Shown piece after piece: positions 29,444 through 39,109 of a stretch of 64,000 nucleotides of DNA. The DNA is taken from positions 62,353 to 126,352 of the forward strand of contig JAFCCL010000003.1 of the NCBI GenBank assembly GCA_017610205.1, given 5' to 3'. Position numbers and translations under genes: made by a program. Position 1 is the stretch's first letter, and the number at the start of each line of letters is the position of its first letter. A model generated the notes under the pieces. That model saw nothing but the letters and a program-made list of their open reading frames with translations, was not told the DNA's origin and made no database searches. Source of the DNA: Candidatus Iainarchaeum sp. GTDB taxonomy: Archaea; Iainarchaeota; Iainarchaeia; Iainarchaeales; GCA-2688035.

Positions 29444-29864
29444 AATAAATATCTTCTGGCTTTTGCACTTCAACAATTGAAGACAAAGAGTCAAAGAAAT
29501 GGTTATCACGAGCAACTAATACTGCCTGATTGTCTCTTGCAATAATGGCATGAAGAACACCCTTAAACGGAAGCGCTTTGTTTCTTTTTCTCCATTCTTC
29601 TCTTGCTTCTGAAGTCTGTTCGGCACTAGCATCAAGCCAAGTAATCATACTTTCAAAAGAAGAAAAAATTTCCTTTGATTGTTCTTCAGAAAAACGGATT
29701 TTTAGCTCCAAAACAACAACATCCGAAACAAAAATCACAGCATTGTTTTCACTGCATTTTCTAAGGAATTGAAATGCAAACTCTCCAAGAGGCCTGGTGC
29801 CATCGCCCCTGTCCTCAAAGTAATCCCGCCAAATTGCAGTATCCAAGTAAAACTTTTTGACCAT
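29436..29864 (-). CDS. PIN-domain (VapC-like) protein
   Basis: YLDTAIW, VVLEL, LHAIIA, LVARDNHF. Confidence 0.85.
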   Translation of the reverse strand: MVKKFYLDTAIWRDYFEDRGDGTRPLGEFAFQFLRKCSENNAVIFVSDVVVLELKIRFSEEQSKEIFSSFESMITWLDASAEQTSEAREEWRKRNKALPFKGVLHAIIARDNQAVLVARDNHFFDSLSSIVEVQKPEDIYFT

Positions 29865-30165
29865 AGGAACACCATGCCGGCAACTTATTTAAAGCAAAAC
29901 CCCTTTTTACGGCGCCTCTTTTTAATTCCAACAAATTTCCAATCTTTCCTTCTTCAACTGAAAAACAGTTGAAGTCTTTCTGTGAGTGCTCTATCATTTG
30001 GTTTAATCGCAGGGGACGTGCGAAATCAATTTCTCTAACGCAGGCTTCAGAAACATTTTGATGATTTTATTCTGATAATACTTTTTGCAATTGAACCAAA
30101 AACTGCTTTAATTCAGGAAACAGCAATTTGTTTATAGGTAAAAATGTTTTGGTTGTGGTGGGTAA

Positions 30166-30510
30166 ATGTATAGCAAAGTGAAATCAAAATTTATTAAGAA
30201 TAAAATCAAAGAGCGAAACTGGAAGAGCAAGGATTACATTGACGATTTAATTTATTTAGAGGAATATATATCAGGGGAAATTTACGGACTTGGCGGGAAT
30301 TGGAAAGCTGCTTCGATGAAAAGCGAATATAAAAAGGAATACGATGCCATATTCAAAGAATTAAAGCCCAAGGACTTTAAACAATACATTAAACAGGAAA
30401 GGCGGGAAGCAGAAAGGGAACGGAAAGAAAACGAAAAATTTGAAAAGCGAGAGCAAAGAGAGCACAGAGAAGCGAAGAAAGACTGGATTAAAGCAGGTGG
30501 AAAAACCTAG
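30166..30510 (+). CDS. Hypothetical charged protein
   Basis: 114-aa ORF with upstream SD-like GGTG. Confidence 0.6.
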   Translation: MYSKVKSKFIKNKIKERNWKSKDYIDDLIYLEEYISGEIYGLGGNWKAASMKSEYKKEYDAIFKELKPKDFKQYIKQERREAERERKENEKFEKREQREHREAKKDWIKAGGKT

Positions 30511-30590
30511 GCTTTGTCGGCAACGCCCTAACGAAAGAATATGAAAAGCTCAAAGAATTGCAGGAAATGGAACCTTATTCAACCTTTCCC

Positions 30591-30708
30591 CAAAACCCAA
30601 CCCGTACCCGTTTGCTCTGACCTGCAAATGCCTCGTCAATGCCTTGTCAATCCTCTCGCAATTTTTTTTGTTTTTTTTATTTTTTTGTTTCTTTTTTTTA
30701 TTTTTTTG
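30591..30708. repeat. ~120-bp triple-box + T-tract repeat, copy 1
   Basis: caaaacccaacccgtacc...gcaaatgc/gtcaatgc/gtcaatcc...ctcgcaa followed by T-tracts. Confidence 0.85.
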
Positions 30709-30719
30709 TGGTTTGTTGT

Positions 30720-31895
30720 TTAGGGTTTGCTGAGTTTTTCTTTGAGTTTGAAGGCGTTTGTGAATGTGATTTTGCAGCCGTTGATTTTGGTTGTTTCGTT
30801 TGTTTCCTTATAGGTTATTACAAAGCCTTCTTTTGGTTTGTAGGTTTCAATAAAAGACCTTAGGCTTTTTCCCACCTTGTCTGGTTTTGCATTTAGCTTT
30901 ACTTCTATTGGAATAGGCTTGCCGTTCTTTTCTACAACAAAGTCAACTTCTGCTTTTGCCTTTGTTCTCCAGTACTTTGGAGAAAAACCAGCCTTAACCA
31001 ACTCTGACAAGACATAGTTTTCAAACAGCAGGCCGTCAGGTTCAGGGCTAAAATTGTCAACTATGCTGTTTCTTAAGCCAGTGTCCACAAAATAGAGTTT
31101 TGGCTGTTTTGTAATTTCCTTGGTTTTGTTTGTATGAAACGGAGACACCCTTAGGATAAGATAGCTTTTTTCCATGGCGTCAAGATACCGTTTGACTGTT
31201 TGAAAAGAGACATTCATCTGTTTTGAAATGCTTTCGTAAGAAAGAGCTGTTCCGGTATTGACAGCCAGGTATTTGCTAAACTGTTCAAGGCTTCCAATAT
31301 CATTAATGGAAAAAGTTCCGGCAATGTCTTTGAAAATCATTGTGCTATAAAGGTCTTTGAGAATGATTTTTTTTGTTTCAACATCCTGAGTTAAAACCAC
31401 TTTAGGATAGCCACCAAAAATCAAGTGTTCCCAAACAGCCCTTTTTAGGATAGCGGGCGTTAAGCTTTTTTGCTTTCTTGCAGCCAAAAATTCATTAAGT
31501 GAAAAGGGGTAAAGTTTGAGAATGGAAACCCTTCCAACAAGAAATGACAAAATATCCTTGCTTAAAATCATTTCAGACGAAGCTGTTATCCAAGCCTTTT
31601 TTCCAGTATCAGCCAAATACTTTAATTTTGTTCCAGCCCCCTTGCAATACTGCACTTCATCCAAAACACTAACATCAAAACCCTCAATATACTGCTTTTC
31701 AAACTTTTTTATATCTTCCTCAAAAAGGCCCCTGGCATCGGGATCATCAAACAAGACATAAGAAGAATTCATACGCTTTGTTTGTTCCCTGAGAAAAGTG
31801 GTTTTGCCAGCCTGCCTGGCTCCAACCAAAGCAATGATATTGTAGGCACTTGCAACCTTTCCAAACCTTTTCTCAATATCCCTTTCTACAAACAT
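30720..31895 (-). CDS. AAA+ ATPase with DUF4143/PD-(D/E)xK C-terminus
   Basis: GARQAGKT, LDEVQ, GGYP, KLYFVDTG, FEN, EVDFV...IEVK. Confidence 0.88.
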   Translation of the reverse strand: MFVERDIEKRFGKVASAYNIIALVGARQAGKTTFLREQTKRMNSSYVLFDDPDARGLFEEDIKKFEKQYIEGFDVSVLDEVQYCKGAGTKLKYLADTGKKAWITASSEMILSKDILSFLVGRVSILKLYPFSLNEFLAARKQKSLTPAILKRAVWEHLIFGGYPKVVLTQDVETKKIILKDLYSTMIFKDIAGTFSINDIGSLEQFSKYLAVNTGTALSYESISKQMNVSFQTVKRYLDAMEKSYLILRVSPFHTNKTKEITKQPKLYFVDTGLRNSIVDNFSPEPDGLLFENYVLSELVKAGFSPKYWRTKAKAEVDFVVEKNGKPIPIEVKLNAKPDKVGKSLRSFIETYKPKEGFVITYKETNETTKINGCKITFTNAFKLKEKLSKP

Positions 31896-31990
31896 GAAAA
31901 AAATATTGCACAAAACAATTTAAAAACCTTACTAAAATTAAACTTGAGTTAAGGAATAGTGCGACTAAAATTGAAGTGCTGTTTAATTTT

Positions 31991-32149
31991 GGTGAAAAAG
32001 GGGCAGACAAACGTTACAAAAACGATTATTTCCTCAAAGGCTTCTGCTTTGAAATAATCCCAAAATACCTCAAAAACTACATTAAAATTGTCAAAAACAA
32101 CAAAGAACTCAAAGAAGAACTAAACGCGTTTAGAAAAAAACTTCAATAA
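31991..32149 (+). pseudogene. Gene remnant (C-terminal fragment)
   Basis: Open frame GEKGADKRYKNDYFLKGFCFEIIPKYLKNYIKIV...KLQ* without a clear start. Confidence 0.35.
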
Positions 32150-32194
32150 ATTTCACTCAGTAAATTTTATCAGCCAACCAGCCTTTAAAAAAAT

Positions 32195-32313
32195 CAAAAC
32201 CACCCTCCCTGTACGGCCCTTCGGGCATATGTTAATGCTGTGTCAATGCAGGTCAATGCTCTCGCAATTTTTTTTATTTTTTTTTGTTTTTTTTTGTTTT
32301 TTTTTATTTTTTT
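32195..32313. repeat. ~120-bp triple-box + T-tract repeat, copy 2
   Basis: gttaatgc/gtcaatgc/gtcaatgc, ctcgcaa, T-tracts interrupted at 32276, 32286, 32296 and 32306. Confidence 0.85.
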
Positions 32314-32332
32314 AGGGGGAAATTGAGAGAGA

Positions 32333-32983
32333 TTAAATTGTTTTTAGTTCTCCGTTTGGTTCATTGATTTGTCTACATGTTTCAAGGTAAGCTAGGTCTG
32401 CTTCCTTTTTACTAAAATAATCATAATGGGTTCTTTCCCCAATATTTAGTTTTGCAGGAGAAAAAGGTTGCTTTGACCTATGGCCAAAGGAAATTACTGC
32501 AAGAGGAATATGTGATTTTGGTATGTTGGCTGCTTTAGTAATTGTTGCATCATCAAAACTACTCATCCACAAGGAATCAATATCAAGAGCTGTTGCTGTT
32601 AAAAGCATGTTTTGAATTGCCGCAGCAGCATCCATGTAAATGAACATTTTTTCACCTTTTTCCTTTGTTGTAATATCATGACTTGAAATTTCTCCAACTT
32701 TTCCGGCAAGTTCAAGATTTCCAACTACCAGGATTGATAATGGAGCAGTTTTTGGCTGGTTTTGCCTGCAGGCATCAGCAATCCTTTCCTTTTGCTTTTC
32801 ATCTTTTAAAATAATAAATTCAAGCGGTTGCAGGTTTCTTGCACTAGGAGCATGTTTTGCAGCTTCAAGAATAAGCCCAAGAGAATGCCTTGAAATAACG
32901 TCATTTTGCTGGAAAGACCTCACACTCCTTCTTTTCCTGATTAATTCAGAAAGCAATTTATAGGAAGCCATTGCTTTGCCCAT
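32333..32983 (-). CDS. Nitroreductase-family protein
   Basis: RRSVRSF, APSARNLQP, DAAAAIQNMLLTA. Confidence 0.9.
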   Translation of the reverse strand: MGKAMASYKLLSELIRKRRSVRSFQQNDVISRHSLGLILEAAKHAPSARNLQPLEFIILKDEKQKERIADACRQNQPKTAPLSILVVGNLELAGKVGEISSHDITTKEKGEKMFIYMDAAAAIQNMLLTATALDIDSLWMSSFDDATITKAANIPKSHIPLAVISFGHRSKQPFSPAKLNIGERTHYDYFSKKEADLAYLETCRQINEPNGELKTI

Positions 32984-33096
32984 ACTAAATAATAGTGAAT
33001 ATGCTCTATCTATAGTTTTCCTCTATTTAATATATGCATTGAAAAAATTCCAAAATAAATATATTTATGAATAGTTGCATATTATTTTCATATGTA

Positions 33097-34062
33097 ATGA
33101 AGAGGCGTATTATAAAACAGGGAAAGGACAGTTTTACCCTTACTTTGCCAAAAAGCTGGATTAGGAGTCTTGGACTCAAAGGAGGGGACGAGATTGATTT
33201 ACTTGAAGAAAAAGGCCTTCTTATTATTGGCGCAAAAAAGGCCATGCCAAGCTCAAAACTTATTGTTAACGCAGACAAGTTTGGCAATGCATTGCTTCAC
33301 TATCTTTGCGCAGTATACAGGGGAGGAGTTGACGAAATAGAAATCACGTTTTCAGAATCTAACACAATTGAAACAGTGCAAAAGATTTTAAGCGATTATT
33401 TAATTGGTTTTGAAATAGTTTCCCAAGGCAAGGGTTTTTGTATAATCAAAAGCATTTCAATGCCTTTAGAAGCAGAATTTGAAACAATTCTAAACAGGTT
33501 TTTTCTGCAAACAGTTGCAATGGCAAAAAGCATCGCTGAAGCAATAAAAAACAAAGACCTTGACCACCTAAAAGACGTGAGAAAATACGAGATTCCAATA
33601 AACAGGTTTTCAATTTATTGCAGAAGAACACTAAACAAAAGAGGCATTGGAGCATACGAAAATGCAATTCCATTGTATGCATTTATTGACGAACTTGAAA
33701 TAATTGCTGACAGCTACAAGCACTTGTGTGACTACTTTCTCATATTAGGTGGCAAAATTGAAGCCATTAACCCAGAAGTTCAAAAACTGCTTGGTCAATT
33801 GTTTGAATTACTTGAACAAAACCAAAACCTTTTCCACAAATTCAGCGAAGAAAAAGCAGTTTCTTTTTGGAAAAAAAAGCAAGAGGTTTTGAAAGAAACC
33901 CTTTCTCTGTTTAAGAAAAGCAGCGGAGAAAATACAAAAGTTCTTGGATACATTATTAATATCATAGAACTACTTACCCATATATTCTACCTGAAGATGA
34001 CTATAGAAGTTAAAATTAAGCTCTTCGAAAAAAATCAAAAAGAAACAATAAATAGCACCTAA
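33097..34062 (+). CDS. AbrB-PhoU phosphate uptake regulator-like protein
   Basis: RRIIKQG...LTLPKSW...GDEI N-terminal AbrB; PhoU-like helical repeats, LEIIAD. Confidence 0.8.
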   Translation: MKRRIIKQGKDSFTLTLPKSWIRSLGLKGGDEIDLLEEKGLLIIGAKKAMPSSKLIVNADKFGNALLHYLCAVYRGGVDEIEITFSESNTIETVQKILSDYLIGFEIVSQGKGFCIIKSISMPLEAEFETILNRFFLQTVAMAKSIAEAIKNKDLDHLKDVRKYEIPINRFSIYCRRTLNKRGIGAYENAIPLYAFIDELEIIADSYKHLCDYFLILGGKIEAINPEVQKLLGQLFELLEQNQNLFHKFSEEKAVSFWKKKQEVLKETLSLFKKSSGENTKVLGYIINIIELLTHIFYLKMTIEVKIKLFEKNQKETINST

Positions 34063-34118
34063 CAAATTCGTTTTCTTGTAAAAAACACCTAAAAAGGTTT
34101 TGGAATTCACCTTTTCCT

Positions 34119-34234
34119 CAAAACCCAACCCGTACCCGGCCCTTTGGACATGTGTTAATGCTGCGTCAATGCATGTCAATTCTCTCGCAATTTTTTTTAT
34201 TTTTATTTTTTGTTTTTTTTTTTGTTTTTTTTTG
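34119..34234. repeat. ~120-bp triple-box + T-tract repeat, copy 3
   Basis: caaaacccaacccgtacccg...gttaatgc/gtcaatgc/gtcaattc...ctcgcaa followed by T-tracts. Confidence 0.85.
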
Positions 34235-34262
34235 TCAGAAAAAAAGAGTGCAGTGGGTGAGA

Positions 34263-34721
34263 TTATTTTTTTCCCAGTTTCAGCAACTTTTTGATTCTTT
34301 CAACAAAATTTTCGACTTCATCGTAAATTTCTTCCAAATCTTCCTCTAATTCTGGTTGCTCAAGCGAGTACTGAATAGTGTTTCTTCTTTGCCTTAGGGA
34401 ATCCAGGACAATAGCTTGCCTCATTGTGATTATTTCCTTTTCACCATACTTTTCTTCAATGTATTTGCTTACGCAGTAATGGCTTCTCTCCTTTACTCCG
34501 TCTTTGAATAGCAGGGCTCTTGCTGCGTGAAAGGATGCATTGTATAATGCAATGAATGCCATGTCCTTGATTTTTGTTTCAATCAGTTCTTCGGCTTCCT
34601 TAAGGAAGTGTTCTGGCTGCTTAATGCTTTGTTTTGCATAATTCGTGTTTGGCTCAATCTTTTTGAGCATTCCTTCCTCAAAGCACTTTTCAACCTTGCT
34701 TTTAGCCAAGTTTTTCACCAT
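34263..34721 (-). CDS. HEPN domain protein
   Basis: YNASFHAARALL...ERSH, RNTIQY. Confidence 0.85.
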   Translation of the reverse strand: MVKNLAKSKVEKCFEEGMLKKIEPNTNYAKQSIKQPEHFLKEAEELIETKIKDMAFIALYNASFHAARALLFKDGVKERSHYCVSKYIEEKYGEKEIITMRQAIVLDSLRQRRNTIQYSLEQPELEEDLEEIYDEVENFVERIKKLLKLGKK

Positions 34722-35259
34722 GCAGTATTTTTGACTTGTATTCCAATTCTCGGTAGAAAATTTTGTCCCTTGCTTTAAGTTTCTCTAATGACCTGTAAGT
34801 TAAAAACTTTAAGTTAGTTTCCTTCCCAAGCTCTTTGGATATTTTGGCACTGATTTCAGCCGAGTCTCCAAACCCGATTTTTTTTCCAGACAAAATCCAT
34901 ATGTCAATGTCACTGTGCTTGTCAACGCTTCCTTCAACCACGCTTCCAAAGACCCCGATTGCCTTGCTGTTTTTCTTCAACTCGGAAAACGACCGGCTTT
35001 CCAAAATTTTTTTTATGAAGACAAGGGAAACAATCTCTTTTGTAAGCGGGTTTTTCCTGTTTAATTCAACAATCTTCATGTTCTTTTTTGGTTTTATATT
35101 AATCAAGTTGTCCCCCCCAAACAATTTTACAAACTGGGTTATTTTTGCAGGAGAACAGCCTATTTCCTTTGCCAGGTCTCTGACAGAAAAAGATTTGTTA
35201 ACAAGTATTTCAAAAATTCGCAAATTGAATCCTGTCATTAGCCTTGAAAGTTCAACCAT
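34702..35259 (-). CDS. wHTH + minimal nucleotidyltransferase (MNT) antitoxin
   Basis: N-terminal HTH; FGSVVEG...SDIDI. Confidence 0.88.
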   Translation of the reverse strand: MVELSRLMTGFNLRIFEILVNKSFSVRDLAKEIGCSPAKITQFVKLFGGDNLINIKPKKNMKIVELNRKNPLTKEIVSLVFIKKILESRSFSELKKNSKAIGVFGSVVEGSVDKHSDIDIWILSGKKIGFGDSAEISAKISKELGKETNLKFLTYRSLEKLKARDKIFYRELEYKSKILHGEKLG

Positions 35260-35316
35260 AACAAAACAAATATTGTTAACTATTTATAAACATAATGTTT
35301 ACAAAAAATAAGAAAA

Positions 35317-35400
35317 CGCAGGGGACGAGATTCGAACTCGCGCGTCCAAAAGGACACGAGCTTAGCAGGCTCGCGCATTAAACCACTCTGCCACCCCTGC
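35317..35400 (-). tRNA. tRNA-Ser(GCT)
   Basis: Cloverleaf, CGAGC-CTGCTAA-GCTCG anticodon arm, long variable arm, GTTCGAATC. Confidence 0.93.
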
Positions 35401-35571
35401 ATTATATTTTGCAATGGTGGCAGTCATTTTTCCCGAGGCTTTTGCCCGGAAGGGGAAAAAGCTTTCTGCCACCCCTGCAGGTTAAACAAATTAGCTGTGT
35501 TATCTATTTAATTGTTTTCATGCTTTTGAAAAGAAGCCTTTTTATACTTGAAAATGCTTTTAGTTTAATTA

Positions 35572-35877
35572 ATGGAAAACATTAAGCCATTTGAACTTTA
35601 TGCAGTACTGCTTATTCTCTGTGCAGCAGTGCTTTTCTTTGGCTTGTTTCAAATGCAGGCAAGCCTTAATGCAGTAATGAACAAGCAGGCCTTTTCATCG
35701 TTTCAATTTGCTTTGAAGGGGGTTCAAATTTCTGCAATAGGACTTCTTCTAACCACATTTATTCTTTTTGTTTTTTTCAGACGGCTTCGCAAAAAGCACA
35801 GGGTACTGCGCAAAAAGCACAGGGAACTAAAGGAAAAAGTTGAATCAAAAAAGAAAAAACCGTCTAAGAAGAAATGA
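35572..35877 (+). CDS. 2-TM hypothetical protein with basic tail
   Basis: Two hydrophobic helices; Lys-rich C-terminus. Confidence 0.6.
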   Translation: MENIKPFELYAVLLILCAAVLFFGLFQMQASLNAVMNKQAFSSFQFALKGVQISAIGLLLTTFILFVFFRRLRKKHRVLRKKHRELKEKVESKKKKPSKKK

Positions 35878-35910
35878 GCGCGAGAAACAATAACTTGGTT
35901 TTTTTTGTGG

Positions 35911-36894
35911 TCACTTTTTGAGTTGTTTTTTTGAGTGTTGTTTTATTACTTCTTCTGCGAGGAATTTTGTGAATGGCTTGTAGTCTTTTTTGTTTCCGGC
36001 TGTCTGTGTTTTCATGTAGTTTTGTCTTCTTTTCAGGGGAATGCTTGTGAAAGGGAAGTTTTGTTGTTGCAGTATGTAGTTCATAAGTAGTCTCGCCATT
36101 CTTCCGTTGCCGTCAGCAAATGGGTGAATTGAAGTAAATTTTGTGTGGAATTTTGCTGCTAATTCAACTGGATGAATTAAGGGTTTGTTTTCTTCAAACA
36201 ATTCAATTAGTTTTTTCATTTGGCTTGGAACCTGTTGTGGCGGTGGGAACTCGTGTGTAGAGCCTCTTATGTAAACTTGAACCGGCCTGTAAATTCCTTG
36301 GTATTTTTCATAGCCTTGAATCTTTTCAAGCAAGATGTAGTGCAGTTGCAGTATTATTTTTTCTGAAATTTTTGCATTTATTTTTTTGTATCGGTTGTAT
36401 CTGTCCAAGCAGGCTTTTAGGTTTAAGGCTTCTTGTTCTTCCCTGTTAATTCCTGTTACAATAATGTGCTTTTTTTCAGCGGCTTTGATTTCTTTTTCGT
36501 GTTCAAGAATTTCCTCAGTTTCACTGTATTTCAGGCTACTTCCTTCAATGGCGTTACTGTCGGTTATGAAGGTTATTCTTTCTCTTTTAATGAACTCTTC
36601 TCTTTGCTTTTTTGAGAGTTTTCTCAAAAACTTCTTTTTGTTCGACATTGCTTTCCAAAGATTTAATGCTGTTTTGTTTGAGATAAACTCTGTTAAAGGC
36701 AAGACAAGAATTGCGTGATTTTTTTGCTTACATTTTTTTTCCAAGGATTTAAAAGCAGCCAGCAATTTTTCGTTTGAAGGTTTTTCAGAGCCAAGGTAAA
36801 TGCTTTCCTTTCGCCACTTTCCCTTCAACTTAAAGCTCTCTTCCAAGTAAAAGTATTTCTTTCCCTTAACAGTTCTTGTGCTTAAATGACTCAT
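35911..36894 (-). CDS. Fic-domain protein
   Basis: SNAIEG, canonical HPFADGNGRMAR. Confidence 0.93.
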   Translation of the reverse strand: MSHLSTRTVKGKKYFYLEESFKLKGKWRKESIYLGSEKPSNEKLLAAFKSLEKKCKQKNHAILVLPLTEFISNKTALNLWKAMSNKKKFLRKLSKKQREEFIKRERITFITDSNAIEGSSLKYSETEEILEHEKEIKAAEKKHIIVTGINREEQEALNLKACLDRYNRYKKINAKISEKIILQLHYILLEKIQGYEKYQGIYRPVQVYIRGSTHEFPPPQQVPSQMKKLIELFEENKPLIHPVELAAKFHTKFTSIHPFADGNGRMARLLMNYILQQQNFPFTSIPLKRRQNYMKTQTAGNKKDYKPFTKFLAEEVIKQHSKKQLKK

Positions 36895-36899
36895 AAAAA

Positions 36900-36941
36900 G
36901 TTATCACTGCAAAAACCATTTAAACACATGCCGGTGATAAC
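36900..36941. promoter_or_regulatory. Inverted repeat bracketing the Fic promoter TATA-like box
   Basis: GTTATCAC (36900-36907) ... GTGATAAC (36934-36941) around TTTAAA. Confidence 0.45.
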
Positions 36942-37061
36942 TCAGGGAGTTATTACCCAAACAGTTTTAGCCACCCAAACCAGTGATAATTAAAGTTAAA
37001 AAGAATGTTGTCTACAACAAAATCGCCTTCCAAATTAAATGCTGAACCTTTGTTGGCTGGC

Positions 37062-37676
37062 TTAAATAGTTTGTTTAGGTTTAGCAAAGTCTTTGGTTTC
37101 TTCAAGTGAATATTTAATTTTGAGTTCTTTTGCAGTTTTTTCAATGATTTCAGACGGTTGTTTGTTTGCTGAAAGAAATATTAGGCCTTCGCCAAAAATC
37201 ATACAAAACGATTGAAGATCTGAGAGGGCTTCTGAATTATGCATTTCTTTACACAATTCAAAAATTTTTGTCTTCAGAAATTTTTTCCCGATATCTTTTT
37301 TGTCGATTTCAAACGCGTTTGTTATAGTGCCCTCATAAAGTCTGAAAAGTATAATTTTTTCTGTTTTTGCTTGTTTGATAATTTGGAAAACAAGCTGTAC
37401 TGCCTTCTTGTTTTCAACAAGGATTTCAAAATATTTCTCAAAAGCGTATTTTTCTTCAAAGAAAGACTCGTTTTTTTCAAGGAATACTTGAAGTTCTGGT
37501 TTTAAAATCCGTCGTTGATTTTCTATTTCCTTTCTTGCTACTTCAGGATCTGGCTCTGGAAAAAACTCTTCAAAGAAACACTTGTCACAAAACCCTTCAT
37601 GAAGATAAATATTATGACCTCCAATTCTCTTACCGCACTTTTTACAATTGTCTTTTTTCTCTTTTACTTCAGTCAT
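37062..37676 (-). CDS. Hypothetical protein with N-terminal CxxC...CxxC
   Basis: CKKCG...CDKC; 204-aa ORF. Confidence 0.6.
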   Translation of the reverse strand: MTEVKEKKDNCKKCGKRIGGHNIYLHEGFCDKCFFEEFFPEPDPEVARKEIENQRRILKPELQVFLEKNESFFEEKYAFEKYFEILVENKKAVQLVFQIIKQAKTEKIILFRLYEGTITNAFEIDKKDIGKKFLKTKIFELCKEMHNSEALSDLQSFCMIFGEGLIFLSANKQPSEIIEKTAKELKIKYSLEETKDFAKPKQTI

Positions 37677-37718
37677 TTAAAACTATTATTATTTGGTAAT
37701 ATTTAATATTGGTGTTGT

Positions 37719-38402
37719 TCAAAGATTCTTCAATAGTGCAACCAGCTTTTTTTTGCTTGTTTCAAATTGTTTTTCTGGAAGCATTCCAAAAACTCCTTGC
37801 AGTGAATCCTTGAATCCCTTTGAGTTTATTTTTTCCACGATTTTTTCAATGCTTTCTGCTGGAATTGGAACCTCTTTTGTTATTTGCAGAATCTTTGCCT
37901 TGTCAAGCTTTGTTGAGGCAAGCATAAACACGTCCCTGATGTCCGGTTTTCTGCAGCTGACTGCCTTCATTGCAAAAAGCATTTCTGGGTCAGCTACTCT
38001 TGTTTCAATGTTTGCAGGATTACTTTTGCCAAAAATTGTTCTTTTTGTCGAATTCTTGAAAATGAGTTCTGCTGGAAACATTGTTCCAGTAATCCTGTCC
38101 TCAACGTTTCCGGCCAAAACGTCAAAAGTTGTAATAACAGGCTTTTTTGTCGCAAGGCAGAGAAATTCTCCCCTATAGCCAGGCAAGGCACCTATTGTTC
38201 TTTTGGCAAAGCCCTTTAATTCAAGCAATTTTTTGACTGCAAGCATTGCTTTCCTGTCTTTTACTACAAGGTCACAGTCAACAGAAAAACGAGGCAGGGT
38301 GTAAGCGTTAATTGCATAACCATCAATAACAACAAAGTCAACCTTGCTTTTCAGTCCCTCAAGCATGGAAAAAATAAATTTTTCTCTTTCCTCAAAAATC
38401 AT
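37719..38402 (-). CDS. Nucleotidyltransferase, AbiEii/type IV toxin-like
   Basis: VVIDGYA, RFSVDCD, AMK...R.PDIRD. Confidence 0.65.
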   Translation of the reverse strand: MIFEEREKFIFSMLEGLKSKVDFVVIDGYAINAYTLPRFSVDCDLVVKDRKAMLAVKKLLELKGFAKRTIGALPGYRGEFLCLATKKPVITTFDVLAGNVEDRITGTMFPAELIFKNSTKRTIFGKSNPANIETRVADPEMLFAMKAVSCRKPDIRDVFMLASTKLDKAKILQITKEVPIPAESIEKIVEKINSKGFKDSLQGVFGMLPEKQFETSKKKLVALLKNL

Positions 38403-38433
38403 AACAATTCCTCCGAAATTAATTTCCCTGAAA

Positions 38434-39078
38434 TCATAACGCTTCCCTTGCCTTGATTAACATCTCCTTTGATGCTGTGGTTTTCTTCCTGTATTTGTTG
38501 GAAAAATAGGCCAAGACATACTCAAAGCTATCCTTGTTGGCCTCACAAAATGCAATGGTTTCCTGCAATGGCTCAACAGGCTTCCCACTATGAAAGTCAA
38601 TTTTTATTGAAGCAACTGGGACCAATACAACAAATTCTCCAACAGTGTTTGAGGGTTTGTTGACAAAGAATTTTATTTCTTCAGAATCCAAGAATTGCTT
38701 CCACTTCTTTAAGTCCTTTCTCAAAACTTTGACAAAAAACGGGCTGTACTCCCAGCTTCTCTGAATGTATGTTTCGTTGCTCCAGACTTCAGCAGCACTG
38801 GCTTTTGTAAAACAGTAGCTCGACTTGGATTCCTGCAACGCTTTCCCAACCTTTGGTTCAAACAAAGCAGTTACTGCTTCCCTTGGGGCAATGCAGGCAT
38901 AAACTCCTCTGCCCTGCCTTTTCAACCAGCCTGCTTCAACCAAGTTAAAAACCAACTTCTTCAACGTCTGGCTTGAAAAGTACCAGCGCACGCTATCCAA
39001 ACCAAACTGCTTGCCTCCAAACTTTAAGAACAACAAGCTGTACAAAGAGAATTCCTGCCCTGTCAATGCCTCAGTCAT
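38434..39078 (-). CDS. wHTH protein, AbiEi-like antitoxin
   Basis: LVEAGWLKRQGRGVY wing motif; directly upstream of the NTase. Confidence 0.6.
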   Translation of the reverse strand: MTEALTGQEFSLYSLLFLKFGGKQFGLDSVRWYFSSQTLKKLVFNLVEAGWLKRQGRGVYACIAPREAVTALFEPKVGKALQESKSSYCFTKASAAEVWSNETYIQRSWEYSPFFVKVLRKDLKKWKQFLDSEEIKFFVNKPSNTVGEFVVLVPVASIKIDFHSGKPVEPLQETIAFCEANKDSFEYVLAYFSNKYRKKTTASKEMLIKAREAL

Positions 39079-39109
39079 ATTACTATCTAGGGAAAGAAAA
39101 GAATAAAAA

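Noticed and set aside
30591-34234. Poly(A)-tailed retroposon or classical integron attC interpretation of the 120-bp repeat
   Set aside because: The tract is on the wrong side for a 3' poly(A) tail and is periodically interrupted; no RYYYAAC/GTTRRRY palindromic attC structure, and no RT or IntI in the window
35440-35462. SRP RNA helix 8 (GCCCGGAAGGG)
   Set aside because: The flanking CAGG/AGCA internal-loop nucleotides are absent and the region is far too short for archaeal 7S RNA
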